Of a stretch of 64,000 bases of DNA, positions 9,138 through 19,636 are shown one piece after another. Under the pieces are notes generated by a model. That model worked only from the letters and a program-made list of their open reading frames with translations. It did no database searches and was not told the origin of the DNA. The stretch lies in the NCBI GenBank assembly GCA_045612965.1, contig JAZLAC010000026.1, forward strand, positions 4,845 to 68,844, written 5' to 3'. A program made the position numbers and the translations under genes. The stretch is from Bacteroidaceae bacterium. Lineage in GTDB: Bacteria > Bacteroidota > Bacteroidia > Bacteroidales > Bacteroidaceae. Every line of letters begins with the position of its first letter. Position 1 is the stretch's first letter.

Positions 9138-10088
9138 TTATTGTTTCCTTCTTACGGGTTTCAGTGGTTTGTCCTTTACAATGTTTATGGTTCGTTTCTC
9201 TGCCTTGTCTCCGCGAATATCATAAGGGTTCTGTCGAACACGGATTGTATCGGGGGCCACTTCAGGTGTTTTTTCCGTACTGACCACAGGCAGTATAGGT
9301 TGTGTTTCAACCTTGTTGGCAGATTTATTGCGTGAAAGGTCGTGATATCTCGCAAGGACAAAATTACTTGCAGATAGAATGCCAAAACCTCTCTCTCTAA
9401 TTGGCATATATATTGTTCCGTTCACGCTACGTATTCGTAAATTTGTATACTTGGTGGGACAGTGTAACCTTATTTCTACCTGTTTCCTTCCACCTAAACG
9501 TTGACTAGTGCCGACAATACTGTCGTTCTCATAAGTGACGGAGAGCAACGCATATGCTTCTGTATAATGGTCGCTTGAGAGGAATTGTAATTTGAAAGCC
9601 CACATGAAATAGTCGCCAGGGTAATATGTCGTATCTGCATCAATGGTAAAGGAATATACATTATCTATTACATTCGGAATGAGCACGACTCCATCTCTAA
9701 GATTCCATATGTTGGCAGTATCGCCTTCGGTAGCAAGGTAACTGTATGTATTCTTCTCCTGTCGCTCGACACCCTGAGATTCTGCCATGAATGTAAGGCG
9801 CTTGTTTACACGTTCGCAAACTTTGACAAACCTCTCTGAGTTTCGGCACCAGTATACCAATGATGTATCCAGTTCCGCTTCTGTAATCTCGTGTTTCCTC
9901 AATGCCGCTTGGGTGAGTATGTATCTGTTTTCCTGCAAGTCGCCAGTCTGCAATTCTGCCATGGCCAATGCTAGATGATAATCAACAAGTATATCTTCCA
10001 TGTCTCCTTCGGACAAGACGCCAGAGGGTCTGTTGGGAGTGCAAGCAAACAAAAGTGCAAGAAGAAAAAGACTTAAAATATACTTCAT
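9138..10088 (-). CDS. lipoprotein, DUF4296-like N-terminal domain with a ~200-aa C-terminal extension
   Basis: 316-aa ORF. Lipobox LLFAC, then SEGDMEDILVDYHLALAMAE typical of the DUF4296 proteins that follow lspA in Bacteroidetes. Confidence 0.6.
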   Translation of the reverse strand: MKYILSLFLLALLFACTPNRPSGVLSEGDMEDILVDYHLALAMAELQTGDLQENRYILTQAALRKHEITEAELDTSLVYWCRNSERFVKVCERVNKRLTFMAESQGVERQEKNTYSYLATEGDTANIWNLRDGVVLIPNVIDNVYSFTIDADTTYYPGDYFMWAFKLQFLSSDHYTEAYALLSVTYENDSIVGTSQRLGGRKQVEIRLHCPTKYTNLRIRSVNGTIYMPIRERGFGILSASNFVLARYHDLSRNKSANKVETQPILPVVSTEKTPEVAPDTIRVRQNPYDIRGDKAEKRTINIVKDKPLKPVRRKQ

Positions 10089-10108
10089 CGGGAAACAGTT
10101 TCTATTTT

Positions 10109-10723
10109 TTACTTCATTAGTTCATGCAGTTGCTTGCGACAGAAGAGTATTACTGCTATCACGCCGCATGAAATGCAAGCATCCGCAAAATTGAATATGG
10201 GCGAGAAGAATATGAAATGATCACCACCTACGAATGGCAGCCAGTTTGGCCAATTCCACTCTACCAAAGGGAAATAGAACATGTCCACCACCCTACCGTA
10301 AAATATTGCATCATAGCCAGTACCCCATGGTACGAACTCCGCCACAATTGGTGCAGGAGGGTTGTTGAATATCAAACCATAGAACAGACAATCAACGATG
10401 TTTCCCATGGCTCCTGCCAATATCAACGATAAGCATATAAGAAAGAGGTAGTCTACTCCTTGCTTTATCAGCTTTGCTATTATATATATAAGGAAGCAAA
10501 CGGCAACGATGCGGAACGAGGTTAGGATAAGTTTGTTCATCAGTTCCATGCCAAATGCCATGCCACGATTCTCTGTGAAGAGAATTTTAAACCAAGAAGT
10601 AATTTCTATGACCTCATGCATATACATGTTGGTCTTTACCCATATCTTGATAATTTGGTCAATTAGTACAGCCGCCAGCGAAATGCTAGCGGCCGTAAAT
10701 ATTTGATTTTTCCTTCTGCTCAT
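10109..10723 (-). CDS. lspA: signal peptidase II (lipoprotein signal peptidase)
   Basis: 204-aa ORF. FTENRGMAFGM, GAMGNIVDC and FNFADACIS blocks are present. It starts 5 nt after the ileS stop, the classical ileS-lspA linkage. Confidence 0.85.
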   Translation of the reverse strand: MSRRKNQIFTAASISLAAVLIDQIIKIWVKTNMYMHEVIEITSWFKILFTENRGMAFGMELMNKLILTSFRIVAVCFLIYIIAKLIKQGVDYLFLICLSLILAGAMGNIVDCLFYGLIFNNPPAPIVAEFVPWGTGYDAIFYGRVVDMFYFPLVEWNWPNWLPFVGGDHFIFFSPIFNFADACISCGVIAVILFCRKQLHELMK

Positions 10724-10728
10724 GAAAG

Positions 10729-13700
10729 CTAAACCTTTTCCACTGCTATTTCATTATCTGCAAAGCGTACCGCTGTAGCTAGTACTTGACTTGTAATATA
10801 GTCATAGTTCGCTGACAAGCAAGCATGGGTTTCCTTATTGTCGGGCAGTGTAACGATGATGCGGTCGGTAATCTCGAAACCACTATCCTTGCGCAACTGC
10901 TGGATAGAGCGGATGATTTCGCGTGCCATACCTTCCAGACGGAGTTCCTCGGTGATGGTGAGGTCCAGGGCAACGGTGAGTGTACCTGCATTTGCAACGC
11001 TCCAGCCAGGGATGTCCTCGCTATAGATTTCCACGTCCTCAAGTTCTATCAGAGCCTCGGCACCTTCAACCACGAGGGTGACACTGCCTTGCTCCAGCAT
11101 GGCTATCTGCTCCTGTCCCATTTCCGCTACGGCAGAAGCCACGGCCTTCATTTGCTTGCCAAACTTCTTGCCCATGGTGCGGAAGTTGCACTTCACCTTC
11201 TTCACCAGCATGCCGGCACCTTCCACGAACTCTATCTCCTTTACGTTTACCTCGTCCAGGATGAGCTGCTTCATTGCCTCTATGCGCTCCTGCTGCTCTG
11301 CGTTGAGTGCAGGGATGGCAATGCGCTGAAGGGGCTGCTTAACGCTGATGGCCTCCTTCTTGCGGAGGGAGTGGATCATGCTGGTTACCTGCTGGGCAAG
11401 TGCCATTCTCTCCTCCTGCTCCACGTCGATAACAGAAGTGTCGGCAACGGGGAACTTAGCCAGGTGCACGCTACGAACCTCTGCCTCGCCGCATCCCTCG
11501 TGCAGGTCGCGGTACAGACGGTCGGCATAGTATGGCGCTATGGGTGCCATGAGGCGGGCAACGGTCTCCAGACAGGTGAACAGGGTCTGGTAGGCAGACA
11601 ACTTGTCCTGAGTCATCTCGCCACCCCAGAAACGCTTCTTGGACAGGCGCACGAACCAGTTGCTGACATTATCAACTACGAAGGTCTGGATGAGACGTCC
11701 GGCACGTGTGGGTTCATAATCCTCGTAGCACTGCTCCACATCGCGGATGAGAGAGTTCAGCGAACTCAAGATCCAGCGGTCCATCTCGGGACGCTCGGCC
11801 ACGGGCACCTCGTCCTCAGCAAAATGCCATCCGTCCACGTTGGCATACATGGTCAGGAATGAGTAGCTCTGATACAGTTTGCCGAAGAAACTGCCCGATA
11901 CTTCCTTCACGCCATCCACGTCGAACTTCAGGTTGTCCCAGGGCTGTGAGTTGGTTATCATGTACCAGCGTACGGCATCCGAACCATACTGGTCGATAGC
12001 GCCGAAGGGATCAATGGCATTGCCCAGACGCTTGGACATCTTCAGGCCGTTCTTGTCAAGAACAAGACCATTGGAGATAACTGCCTTATAGGAAACTGAG
12101 TCAAACACCATTGTTGATATGGCATGCAGGGTAAAGAACCATCCACGTGTCTGGTCAACACCCTCGGCAATGAAGTCGGCGGGGAAGCAGATGCCGTTGT
12201 CCAGTTCCTCCTTGTTCTCAAAGGGATAGTGAATCTGGGCATAAGGCATGGCACCAGAGTCGAACCAAACGTCGATGAGGTCCAGTTCGCGGGTGAGCAC
12301 TGCCCCACTCTCGCCAACCAGCTTGATGTGGTCAACATAGGGACGGTGCAGGTCTATCTTGTCATAGTTCTCCTGAGACATATCGCCAGGAACGAAGCCC
12401 TTGTCCTTCAAGGGGTTGCTTTCCATCACACCTGCGACCACGGCCTTCTCTATCTCGTTGTAGAGTTCCTCCACGGAACCGATGCAGATTTCCTCGCGTG
12501 TGTCGCGGTTGCGCCAGATGGGCAGAGGTGTGCCCCAATAGCGTGAACGTGACAGGTTCCAGTCGTTCAGGTTCTCCAGCCATTTGCCAAAGCGACCTGT
12601 ACCGGTGCTTTCGGGCTTCCACAGGATGGTCTTGTTCAGTTCCATCATGCGCTCCTTGGCGGCGGTAGAACGGATGAACCATGAATCCAAGGGATAGTAC
12701 AGGACGGGCTTGTCTGTACGCCAGCAGTGGGGATAGTTGTGCACGTGCTTCTCTATCTTGAATGCCTTGCCCTCTTCCTTCATCTCTATGCAGAGCAGTA
12801 CGTTGAGGTCCATATCCTTGGCGGCAGCCTTCTCGTCGTAACCGTTAACATTATACTTGGGGTCGTATGCGTTCTTTACATACTGTCCCTGGTGCTTAGC
12901 ATAGGCTTCCTTGTTGACGCAGAGGTCGTAGAATTCGGGGTTCATGTCCTCGGGCATGAAGTACTTGCCGGTGAAATCCACCATAGGACGTGTGTCGCCT
13001 GCCTTGTCGATGATGAAGAGGCTGGGGATGCCAGCATCCTTTGCCACCTTGGCATCGTCGGCACCAAAGGTAGGTGCGATGTGCACGATACCGGTACCGT
13101 CCTCGGTGGTCACATAGTCGCCGGGGATTACACGGAATGCCTCGTCCTCCTTCACCACGGGCTTGCCGCCCTCAATGGCGCAGGGCTTCACCCAGGGCAT
13201 GAGCTGCTGGTACTTTATGCCAACCAGTTCCGAGCCCTTGCCTTTCCAGAGGATTTCCAGTTCCTTACCTTCCTCTGCCTTGAAGTGTGCGGATACAAGG
13301 TTCTCGGCAACGATGTACACAGCCTCCTGCTGGCTGTATGGGTTCTGGCCCTTCACAGCAACGTAGTCAATCTTGGGACCTACGCAAAGTGCGGTGTTTG
13401 AGGGCAGGGTCCAAGGGGTGGTTGTCCATGCAAGAATATAAAGGTTCTCCTTGGGCAGGACTGAAGCGGCTTCGCAACCGTCCACAGAGAGCACGGTAAA
13501 CTGTGCCACGGCGGTGGTGTCCTTCACGTCGCGATAGCAACCAGGCTGGTTCAACTCATGGCTACTGAGGCCTGTACCTGCGGCAGGAGAATAGGGCTGA
13601 ATGGTGTAGCCCTTGTAGAGCAGGTCCTTGTTGTAGAGCTGCTTGAGCAGCCACCACAGGCTCTCAATGTACTTGTTGTCGTAGGTGATGTAGGGGTTTT

Positions 13701-14139
13701 CCATGTCCACCCAGTAGCCCATCTTGTGAGAAAGGTCGGTCCATTCGGAGGTGTACATCATCACGTTCTCGCGGCAACGGCGGTTGTAGTCCTCAATGGA
13801 AATCTTGGTGCCGATGTCTTCCTTGGTGATGCCCAGTTCCTTCTCCACACTGAGTTCCACAGGCAGGCCGTGTGTATCCCAACCGGCCTTGCGCTTCACC
13901 TGGAAACCCTTCATGGTCTTGAAACGACAGAATGTATCTTTCAAAGAACGGGCAAGTACATGGTGAATGCCAGGATGTCCGTTGGCTGATGGAGGACCCT
14001 CAAAGAAGATAAACGAGGGGCATCCCTCTCTCTCGGTCATACTCTTGTGGAACACATCCTCGGCGTCCCATTGTGAAAGAACCTCGCGATTCACCTCGCT
14101 AAGGTTCAACTTTGTGCGTTCGGCAAACTTCTTGCTCAT
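10729..14139 (-). CDS. ileS: isoleucine--tRNA ligase
   Basis: 1136-aa ORF. HIGH-type motif PSANGHPGIHH, KMSKS motif LKMSKRLGN, and a CP1 editing-domain length insert. Confidence 0.95.
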   Translation of the reverse strand: MSKKFAERTKLNLSEVNREVLSQWDAEDVFHKSMTEREGCPSFIFFEGPPSANGHPGIHHVLARSLKDTFCRFKTMKGFQVKRKAGWDTHGLPVELSVEKELGITKEDIGTKISIEDYNRRCRENVMMYTSEWTDLSHKMGYWVDMENPYITYDNKYIESLWWLLKQLYNKDLLYKGYTIQPYSPAAGTGLSSHELNQPGCYRDVKDTTAVAQFTVLSVDGCEAASVLPKENLYILAWTTTPWTLPSNTALCVGPKIDYVAVKGQNPYSQQEAVYIVAENLVSAHFKAEEGKELEILWKGKGSELVGIKYQQLMPWVKPCAIEGGKPVVKEDEAFRVIPGDYVTTEDGTGIVHIAPTFGADDAKVAKDAGIPSLFIIDKAGDTRPMVDFTGKYFMPEDMNPEFYDLCVNKEAYAKHQGQYVKNAYDPKYNVNGYDEKAAAKDMDLNVLLCIEMKEEGKAFKIEKHVHNYPHCWRTDKPVLYYPLDSWFIRSTAAKERMMELNKTILWKPESTGTGRFGKWLENLNDWNLSRSRYWGTPLPIWRNRDTREEICIGSVEELYNEIEKAVVAGVMESNPLKDKGFVPGDMSQENYDKIDLHRPYVDHIKLVGESGAVLTRELDLIDVWFDSGAMPYAQIHYPFENKEELDNGICFPADFIAEGVDQTRGWFFTLHAISTMVFDSVSYKAVISNGLVLDKNGLKMSKRLGNAIDPFGAIDQYGSDAVRWYMITNSQPWDNLKFDVDGVKEVSGSFFGKLYQSYSFLTMYANVDGWHFAEDEVPVAERPEMDRWILSSLNSLIRDVEQCYEDYEPTRAGRLIQTFVVDNVSNWFVRLSKKRFWGGEMTQDKLSAYQTLFTCLETVARLMAPIAPYYADRLYRDLHEGCGEAEVRSVHLAKFPVADTSVIDVEQEERMALAQQVTSMIHSLRKKEAISVKQPLQRIAIPALNAEQQERIEAMKQLILDEVNVKEIEFVEGAGMLVKKVKCNFRTMGKKFGKQMKAVASAVAEMGQEQIAMLEQGSVTLVVEGAEALIELEDVEIYSEDIPGWSVANAGTLTVALDLTITEELRLEGMAREIIRSIQQLRKDSGFEITDRIIVTLPDNKETHACLSANYDYITSQVLATAVRFADNEIAVEKV

Positions 14140-14164
14140 ATATTGTATTTTAATTTTCAGGCGA

Positions 14165-14172
14165 CAAATTTA
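14165..14172 (-). promoter_or_regulatory. -7 promoter box (TAAATTTG) for ileS-lspA unit
   Basis: Plus caaattta, reverse complement TAAATTTG, 26 nt upstream of the ileS ATG. Confidence 0.5.
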
Positions 14173-14291
14173 CATATTTTTATTGGCATTAGCAAACATT
14201 CGTGAGGCTATTTGTCATCCATTACTCAATACTTCGCTAAAGGAATGAAAACAAAGTAGCAAGATGTCCCTGAACTAAGGTTATATAACGA

Positions 14292-14323
14292 CAGATATTC
14301 CGGTAGAACAACCGGAATATCTG
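14292..14323 (-). terminator. perfect 13-bp hairpin ending the bat-PAP2 transcription unit
   Basis: cagatattccggt (14292..14304) / loop agaaca / accggaatatctg (14311..14323). It is flanked by an A/T run (taaaaaac) and lies 37 nt downstream of the PAP2 stop. Confidence 0.5.
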
Positions 14324-14359
14324 TAAAAAACATAATCGAGGTAATGCTCTCACGGGTGT

Positions 14360-15025
14360 TTAAAATAATGTATATGCAAGAGTCAATGCCATAGATGTCT
14401 GCAGGATATGGATATCATCCCTTAGAAAACCAGAGCGCGTGTATGCGTTGCTGAAATATTGTTGTGTACCGCCACGCAACTTGTGATTGACGAATCGTAC
14501 TACGTAGTACACACAAATACCTATAAGAATCCCCAGCAATCCACCGCAAATGACATCCAGGGGGAAATGTACTCCAAGGTATATTCGGCTGAAACCTACG
14601 ACTGTTGCCCAAGCGAGGAGGCATAGTGTGGCGATTCTATGTTTAAGCGTCATAGACAGGAACATGGCTACGGCAAATGTGTTGGCAGCATGTGAACTGA
14701 CAAAACCATAAAGTCCATGGCGTCCTTCGATATGCCTGACTATGAACATGAGTTCTGGATCGTGTGTAGGACGCAAGCGTGCCACCAATGGTTTAATAAA
14801 CGTAGAACTTATCTGGTCGGCTATCAGTATGCACATGCCTATGCCAAGGAGTATAAGCAACGCTTCCTTCCAAGGGCGGTTCTTCACAATGACAAAGATA
14901 GTAGTCAAAAGCATCAGTGTCCACGTCCATGTGTTGCTGAACTTCAACATCATCCCGTCAAGCAGAGCGTTATTACACTGGTTTATCAGAAGCAAAAGTT
15001 CTGTGTCGAAAGAAGGAAAATGCAT
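14360..15025 (-). CDS. PAP2-family lipid phosphatase
   Basis: 221-aa ORF. All three acid-phosphatase motifs are present: KPLVARLRP, SFVSSHA, SRIYLGVHFPLDV. It is multi-TM and starts 12 nt after the batE stop. Confidence 0.8.
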   Translation of the reverse strand: MHFPSFDTELLLLINQCNNALLDGMMLKFSNTWTWTLMLLTTIFVIVKNRPWKEALLILLGIGMCILIADQISSTFIKPLVARLRPTHDPELMFIVRHIEGRHGLYGFVSSHAANTFAVAMFLSMTLKHRIATLCLLAWATVVGFSRIYLGVHFPLDVICGGLLGILIGICVYYVVRFVNHKLRGGTQQYFSNAYTRSGFLRDDIHILQTSMALTLAYTLF

Positions 15026-15037
15026 GGGTATTCTTAT

Positions 15038-15811
15038 TTAGATTGTCTCGTAGGTATTCTTTTCAATCCATCCCACCTTGCCGTCGGCAATCTGTATTTC
15101 AGCCCAGTCGCGCATGGTATTGTCCTTGATTTCCACACGGGTACCTTCGTGTATTACAAAGAGGTCCGTGCCAGACTTCGTGGGTGTACTTCTTACCGTA
15201 ACGGCGGGTTCCATAATGATACCTGCATTGTGTTTATCGTTGTAGCTCCTTAGGTTATAAGCCAATACGTTAAACAGAATGCAAAGGATAAGCGTGAACA
15301 TGGCACCGAAGAATCCGGCTTTACGCAAACCTATGGAAGAGCAATAGAGATACATGGCTACGAGCAAGAGGGTAAGCGTGAAGGCGCCCACTGCCATATA
15401 AGCCCATTCCGTTACCGAATGACTGTGCATCAATGTTTTCCATGCCGAAGCGAAGAACATTTCGTGTCGTGGGATAATGCGGTCAACAGTTTTGCTTCTT
15501 GCCATTGCAAGGTTGAAACGTATGTCTTCGTCCGATGGATCAAGTTGTGCAGCGCGTTCAAACCAAAGGACTGCCTTTGCCATGTTGTCCTGTCGGTAGT
15601 ATGTGCATCCAAGATTATAGTATATGGGGGCACTTTCGCCCTGTTGTGCCAAATCAATGTATATCTGTTCGGCTGTAGCAAAGTCTTCGTTGGCATAGGC
15701 TGAATCTGCCCATACCTTCATTATGTCTATTGAGTCATTGGGTATGGCCATGCCTATTGAAGTCATTGATGCCATGCAGAGAATCACCAATATCTTGAAA
15801 ATGTGTCTCAT
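15038..15811 (-). CDS. batE: BatE-like protein (TPR repeats, TM segments, C-terminal SH3-like domain)
   Basis: 257-aa ORF. It has a signal peptide, TPR-like YYNLGCTYYRQDNMAKAVLWFERAAQLDP, and a C-terminal GTRVEIKDNTMRDWAEIQIADGKVGWI SH3b-like segment. It is the last bat gene by position. Confidence 0.7.
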   Translation of the reverse strand: MRHIFKILVILCMASMTSIGMAIPNDSIDIMKVWADSAYANEDFATAEQIYIDLAQQGESAPIYYNLGCTYYRQDNMAKAVLWFERAAQLDPSDEDIRFNLAMARSKTVDRIIPRHEMFFASAWKTLMHSHSVTEWAYMAVGAFTLTLLLVAMYLYCSSIGLRKAGFFGAMFTLILCILFNVLAYNLRSYNDKHNAGIIMEPAVTVRSTPTKSGTDLFVIHEGTRVEIKDNTMRDWAEIQIADGKVGWIEKNTYETI

Positions 15812-15913
15812 ATGTTTTGTTTATCGTGGAAGGCTTTCTATGCCCATTTTTTATATAATGTATAAAATCACCCTATATTTGTCTAAGCGACAGATATTTG
15901 TGTATGACATGTG

Positions 15914-17731
15914 TTACAAACTCTTGTCTAGGTTATTGATGGCTTGTGTTGCCGACTCATAGATCTTGTCCATTGTAGCTATAGGGTCGCCAGGTGCAAA
16001 ACGCGCGAACTCGCATGATTCCAGCACATCCATGTATTGGCGTATGAGAGTTTCGTCCACGCCACGTGCGGCCAGTGCCTCGTATACGTTTTCCTTGGCC
16101 AGGTGAGTCATGGGTATGTTCAGTTTATCTCCTGCATATCCAAGCAGTGCCCTGAGCGTTTCCTCGTAGAAGGCCCCCGCTTCGTGGTTCTTTAGCAACT
16201 TGCGTGCCGCCTTAAGACGCTTGCCAGCCTCCTTGCCTGCACGTTTACCTTTCTTTCGAGCGATATCGGCGTTTGCCTTGGCTTGCCTGTAGAATATAGC
16301 CAATATCAGGATGAATACAGCGGTAGTTCCCAGATAGGCTATTGCATAAGATACTGTGCCGAAGAAATTGTCCACAGTTTCCCGTATGTTGGCCTTATGT
16401 GTGTTGATGTAATGTATATCCGACGAGAGCACACGGAGATCTTCCTTTTCCTGTACTGAAGAAGTGCTTGCTGTTGCCTTGCCCTTGGCAACTGCCAAGT
16501 GGAAAGAGTCTGTATGCAGTGTTACATACTTAGCTGCATCTGGATTAAAGTAAACAAACTCCACCGGAGGAATGGCGTACTTGCCACCATGTCGTGGAAC
16601 AACTACATAGTCAAAGACGATGTTGCCCTTTGCGCCTGCTGTGGTATTGGTGGTCTTGTCCGTTTCCTTAGGGGTGTATACTTCAAAATCCTTCGGCACA
16701 TCCACCTCGGGAGCCTTCATCAGTTTCATGTTGCCCTGACCGGAAACTATTAGGCGTAGATTGGCTGCATCGTTGACATCCAGTTGATCAGGACTTAGGG
16801 TGCCTGTCATGGTGAACTTGCCCACGGCACCGGAGAAATTTGTCGGAATGGGTTCTGGTAGCGCCTTGACTTCTATATTTACCTCTGGTGTATATAACGT
16901 CTTTCGGACCATCTGTGTGAGCGAACCTCCACCGAAGAATATATCAAAAGGATCGGCATTCGGATTCGTAATCTCAACTTCAGCGTCGAAGGAGATGCTG
17001 GGTATTCTCATCTTTCCGTTTTTCTGTGGGAAGAGTACATATTGGCGCCATATTGCTGTACCATAGTTACGTCCATTGTAGTGTTCGTATTTAAGCGAGA
17101 GTTGTGCCTTGCTGTTCAGTTCCTGACAATGGAAACCATCCAGTTCCGGCATTTCTCCTACCAATTGGCGTATGTTCACAAGAGTGTAGAGTTTGTAGGT
17201 GAGGACTACGGCCTCCTGTTCGTAAACCTTGCTCTTGCTGGCTGTTGCCGTGATAAAGAGTTCTCTGTCTTCTATATTTGCGTTGGAGGTGTGTCCGCGT
17301 TGCTGGTTGGAGCCTTGGGAAGAAGCGTTTCCGTTCCCTTGCCCTTTCTGTGAGGCTGGTAGCACCTTGATGTTGGCCGTATTGCTTTGTACAGTTTTTC
17401 CTCCAACCCGCACGTCAGCCTTGGGCAGTGTGAATTCGCCCTCCTCCTTGGCAAGCAGTACATAGGTAAAAGTCATTGTACTGGAATGTGTTGTCTTTCC
17501 GTTGATCATTTGGAAAGAACTCTGACTGCTTGTAGAAGGTCCGTACAATACTTCAAAACCAGGAAAACTTCCTACCCTGATGTCATCTACGTCATGGGTG
17601 TCAACGATATAACTGATATTTATTCTACGACCTACTTCACACACCTCAGGTGCCTGCAGTTTGACCGTTTGTGCCAAGGAAGCGATGATGCCCGTAACAA
17701 ATACTGACAATATAAGAAATATTCTCTTCAC
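15914..17731 (-). CDS. batD: BatD-like oxygen-tolerance protein
   Basis: 605-aa ORF with a GTG start and no nearby in-frame ATG. It has a signal peptide, a long beta-rich ectodomain, a TM segment (AYLGTTAVFILILAIF) and a basic helical tail. Position is between batC and batE. Confidence 0.7.
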   Translation of the reverse strand: MKRIFLILSVFVTGIIASLAQTVKLQAPEVCEVGRRINISYIVDTHDVDDIRVGSFPGFEVLYGPSTSSQSSFQMINGKTTHSSTMTFTYVLLAKEEGEFTLPKADVRVGGKTVQSNTANIKVLPASQKGQGNGNASSQGSNQQRGHTSNANIEDRELFITATASKSKVYEQEAVVLTYKLYTLVNIRQLVGEMPELDGFHCQELNSKAQLSLKYEHYNGRNYGTAIWRQYVLFPQKNGKMRIPSISFDAEVEITNPNADPFDIFFGGGSLTQMVRKTLYTPEVNIEVKALPEPIPTNFSGAVGKFTMTGTLSPDQLDVNDAANLRLIVSGQGNMKLMKAPEVDVPKDFEVYTPKETDKTTNTTAGAKGNIVFDYVVVPRHGGKYAIPPVEFVYFNPDAAKYVTLHTDSFHLAVAKGKATASTSSVQEKEDLRVLSSDIHYINTHKANIRETVDNFFGTVSYAIAYLGTTAVFILILAIFYRQAKANADIARKKGKRAGKEAGKRLKAARKLLKNHEAGAFYEETLRALLGYAGDKLNIPMTHLAKENVYEALAARGVDETLIRQYMDVLESCEFARFAPGDPIATMDKIYESATQAINNLDKSL

Positions 17732-17834
17732 GACTGATTTGTATGTTATTCTCTAATTCTCGATTGTTTTTCTACCTGTATACTGGTATAATTGTGCTGT
17801 ATGGAAAGCGAGATGCATCTGCTGTGCCACTCTG

Positions 17835-18581
17835 CTACCATTGTTTCTGCAATTTTCTCCGTGGCGCCTCTTGTTGTTGACGTTGTATCTTCTCCTGTGT
17901 TTCTTTTTCGTTTCTCATGGCAGCCTGCAGGAGACGCTCTGCGGTTTCCTTTGACATGTTTTGCTTTTGTTGCTGCTCATGTTGCTGCTTCTGTTGATTT
18001 TCGTCCTTTGTTTTCTGATCCTGCTGTTGTTGTTGTTTGTCATCCTTTTTTCGCTCGTCCTCTTTTTGCTGGTCCTTCTGCTCATCGTTTTCGCCGTTCT
18101 GCTTATTATCTTGCTGGTTCTTTAGGTGCCATTTGGCAAGGACGTAGTTGTAGCGTGTTTCATCGTTGGAAGGATCGTTCCGAAGTGATTCCTTATAGCA
18201 TTCCACGGCTTCAGCATATTTCTTCGAGGCTTGAAGTAGTACTCCCATGTTGTGATATATGTCAGAGAGTCTCTGCTTGTCCTTCTCATATTTGGATGCA
18301 GCCAGATACTCTTTCATGGCATCTTGTGGCTTACCCTGACGTATGAGCGCATTTCCCAGATTGTAGCGTGTTATTGCAAAGGTAGAGTCTATCTCTTGTG
18401 CCTTTCTATATTGAACTATGGCTTTCTCGGAAAGGTCATTACCTCCCAGGGTATCCAGCATCAGTCGGTTGCCCCTGCGGATATAGTCACGCATGTTCTG
18501 GGCGTTGGAAACTCCGATGTAACAACAGGATATTGTTATAAGTAAGAATAATCTTTTCATGACATGGATACTGTGTGTCAT
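17835..18581 (-). CDS. batC: BatC-like TPR protein with Gln/Lys/Glu-rich C-terminus
   Basis: 248-aa ORF. The ATG at 18581 abuts the batB stop. An alternative ATG at 18560 gives the canonical signal peptide MKRLFLLITISCCYIGVSNAQ. TPR-like repeats are followed by a low-complexity QQKEDERKKDDKQQQQQDQK region. Confidence 0.7.
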   Translation of the reverse strand: MTHSIHVMKRLFLLITISCCYIGVSNAQNMRDYIRRGNRLMLDTLGGNDLSEKAIVQYRKAQEIDSTFAITRYNLGNALIRQGKPQDAMKEYLAASKYEKDKQRLSDIYHNMGVLLQASKKYAEAVECYKESLRNDPSNDETRYNYVLAKWHLKNQQDNKQNGENDEQKDQQKEDERKKDDKQQQQQDQKTKDENQQKQQHEQQQKQNMSKETAERLLQAAMRNEKETQEKIQRQQQEAPRRKLQKQW

Positions 18582-19610
18582 CTATTTTTTCTTTGTAAAA
18601 AACTTGAACCTCTGCAGTATGTGGTTTTCTCTTTCCATTATCAGTACATCCATAAGCAGGAAAAAGAGCGAAAGCAGCAGGAAACTTTGGAACTGTTCAT
18701 CATACTCAGAGAATATGGCAGATTCCATCTCCACCCTGCCTAGGTTGTCCACATACTTGTCTAACTTTCGCTGTGCAGAACTGCTATTATCTACATATAT
18801 ATAGTTACCGTTTCCTGCGTTTGCAATCTCGCGACACATATCCTCGCTCAGGCGCGACATAACGGTATTTCCCTCGTTGTCTATGATATATTGTCCTGTA
18901 CCAGGTATGGGTATGGGGGCACCGGCAGGTTCTCCGACACCGAGCACATACACGTGTATACCCTTGGAAGCAGCTTCCTTTGCCGCCTCTACAGCTCCTC
19001 CTTCATTGTCTTCACCATCAGTAATGACAAAGATTGCCTTGGACACTCCCTCGTTGGTTGTAAAGCTTTTTGTCGCCAGGGATATGGCTGCAGCGATGTC
19101 TGTACCCTGCATCTCTATCATGGATGGCGAGATAGTTTGCAGGAACATCTTTGCAGACACATAGTCGCTGGTGATGGGTAACTGCACGTATGCCTGGCCG
19201 GCATAGATAATCAGGCCAATCTTGTCGTCAGTCATGTTGTCCACCAAGTTTGAAATCATCAACTTGGCCTTTTCCAACCTGTTGGGGCGAACGTCCTCAG
19301 CAAGCATGCTGTTGCTGATGTCCATAGCTATTATCGCTTCTATACCACTGCGTTTGCGTGTATCCACACGGGTGCCATATTGTGGCCGTGCAAGGGCAAC
19401 AATAAGGAAGAGCAGAGATAACTGTAGCATCCAGAACTTCAACTCCGTCCTCAGGCGGGAGACGTCCTTCATCAGCGCCTTCATCAGAAGTGGATCGCCG
19501 AATCTTCTAAGGTTGCGTCTCTTCCTGTATGTCCATACATAGTGTGCCACTGCAAATAAGGGCAACAGGAGAAGAAGATAAAGGTATTCGGGTGTTTCGA
19601 ATCTAAACAT
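18582..19610 (-). CDS. batB: vWA-domain protein BatB
   Basis: 342-aa ORF. Two N-terminal TM segments, vWA MIDAS motif AMDISNSM, and VITDGEDNEG. Confidence 0.8.
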   Translation of the reverse strand: MFRFETPEYLYLLLLLPLFAVAHYVWTYRKRRNLRRFGDPLLMKALMKDVSRLRTELKFWMLQLSLLFLIVALARPQYGTRVDTRKRSGIEAIIAMDISNSMLAEDVRPNRLEKAKLMISNLVDNMTDDKIGLIIYAGQAYVQLPITSDYVSAKMFLQTISPSMIEMQGTDIAAAISLATKSFTTNEGVSKAIFVITDGEDNEGGAVEAAKEAASKGIHVYVLGVGEPAGAPIPIPGTGQYIIDNEGNTVMSRLSEDMCREIANAGNGNYIYVDNSSSAQRKLDKYVDNLGRVEMESAIFSEYDEQFQSFLLLSLFFLLMDVLIMERENHILQRFKFFTKKK

Positions 19611-19636
19611 GCGTTATTTTCTATGTGGTATTGGTG

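Noticed and set aside
10825-11862. 345-aa plus-strand ORF inside ileS. There are similar antisense ORFs in pyrB (35881..36747), the Ca2+ ATPase (59432..60187, 58727..59407), dcp and PBP1A.
   Set aside because: The explanation is the same as for nqr: they are shadow ORFs of GC3-rich, highly expressed genes. They have no motifs, and each sense frame has a complete, well-recognised protein.
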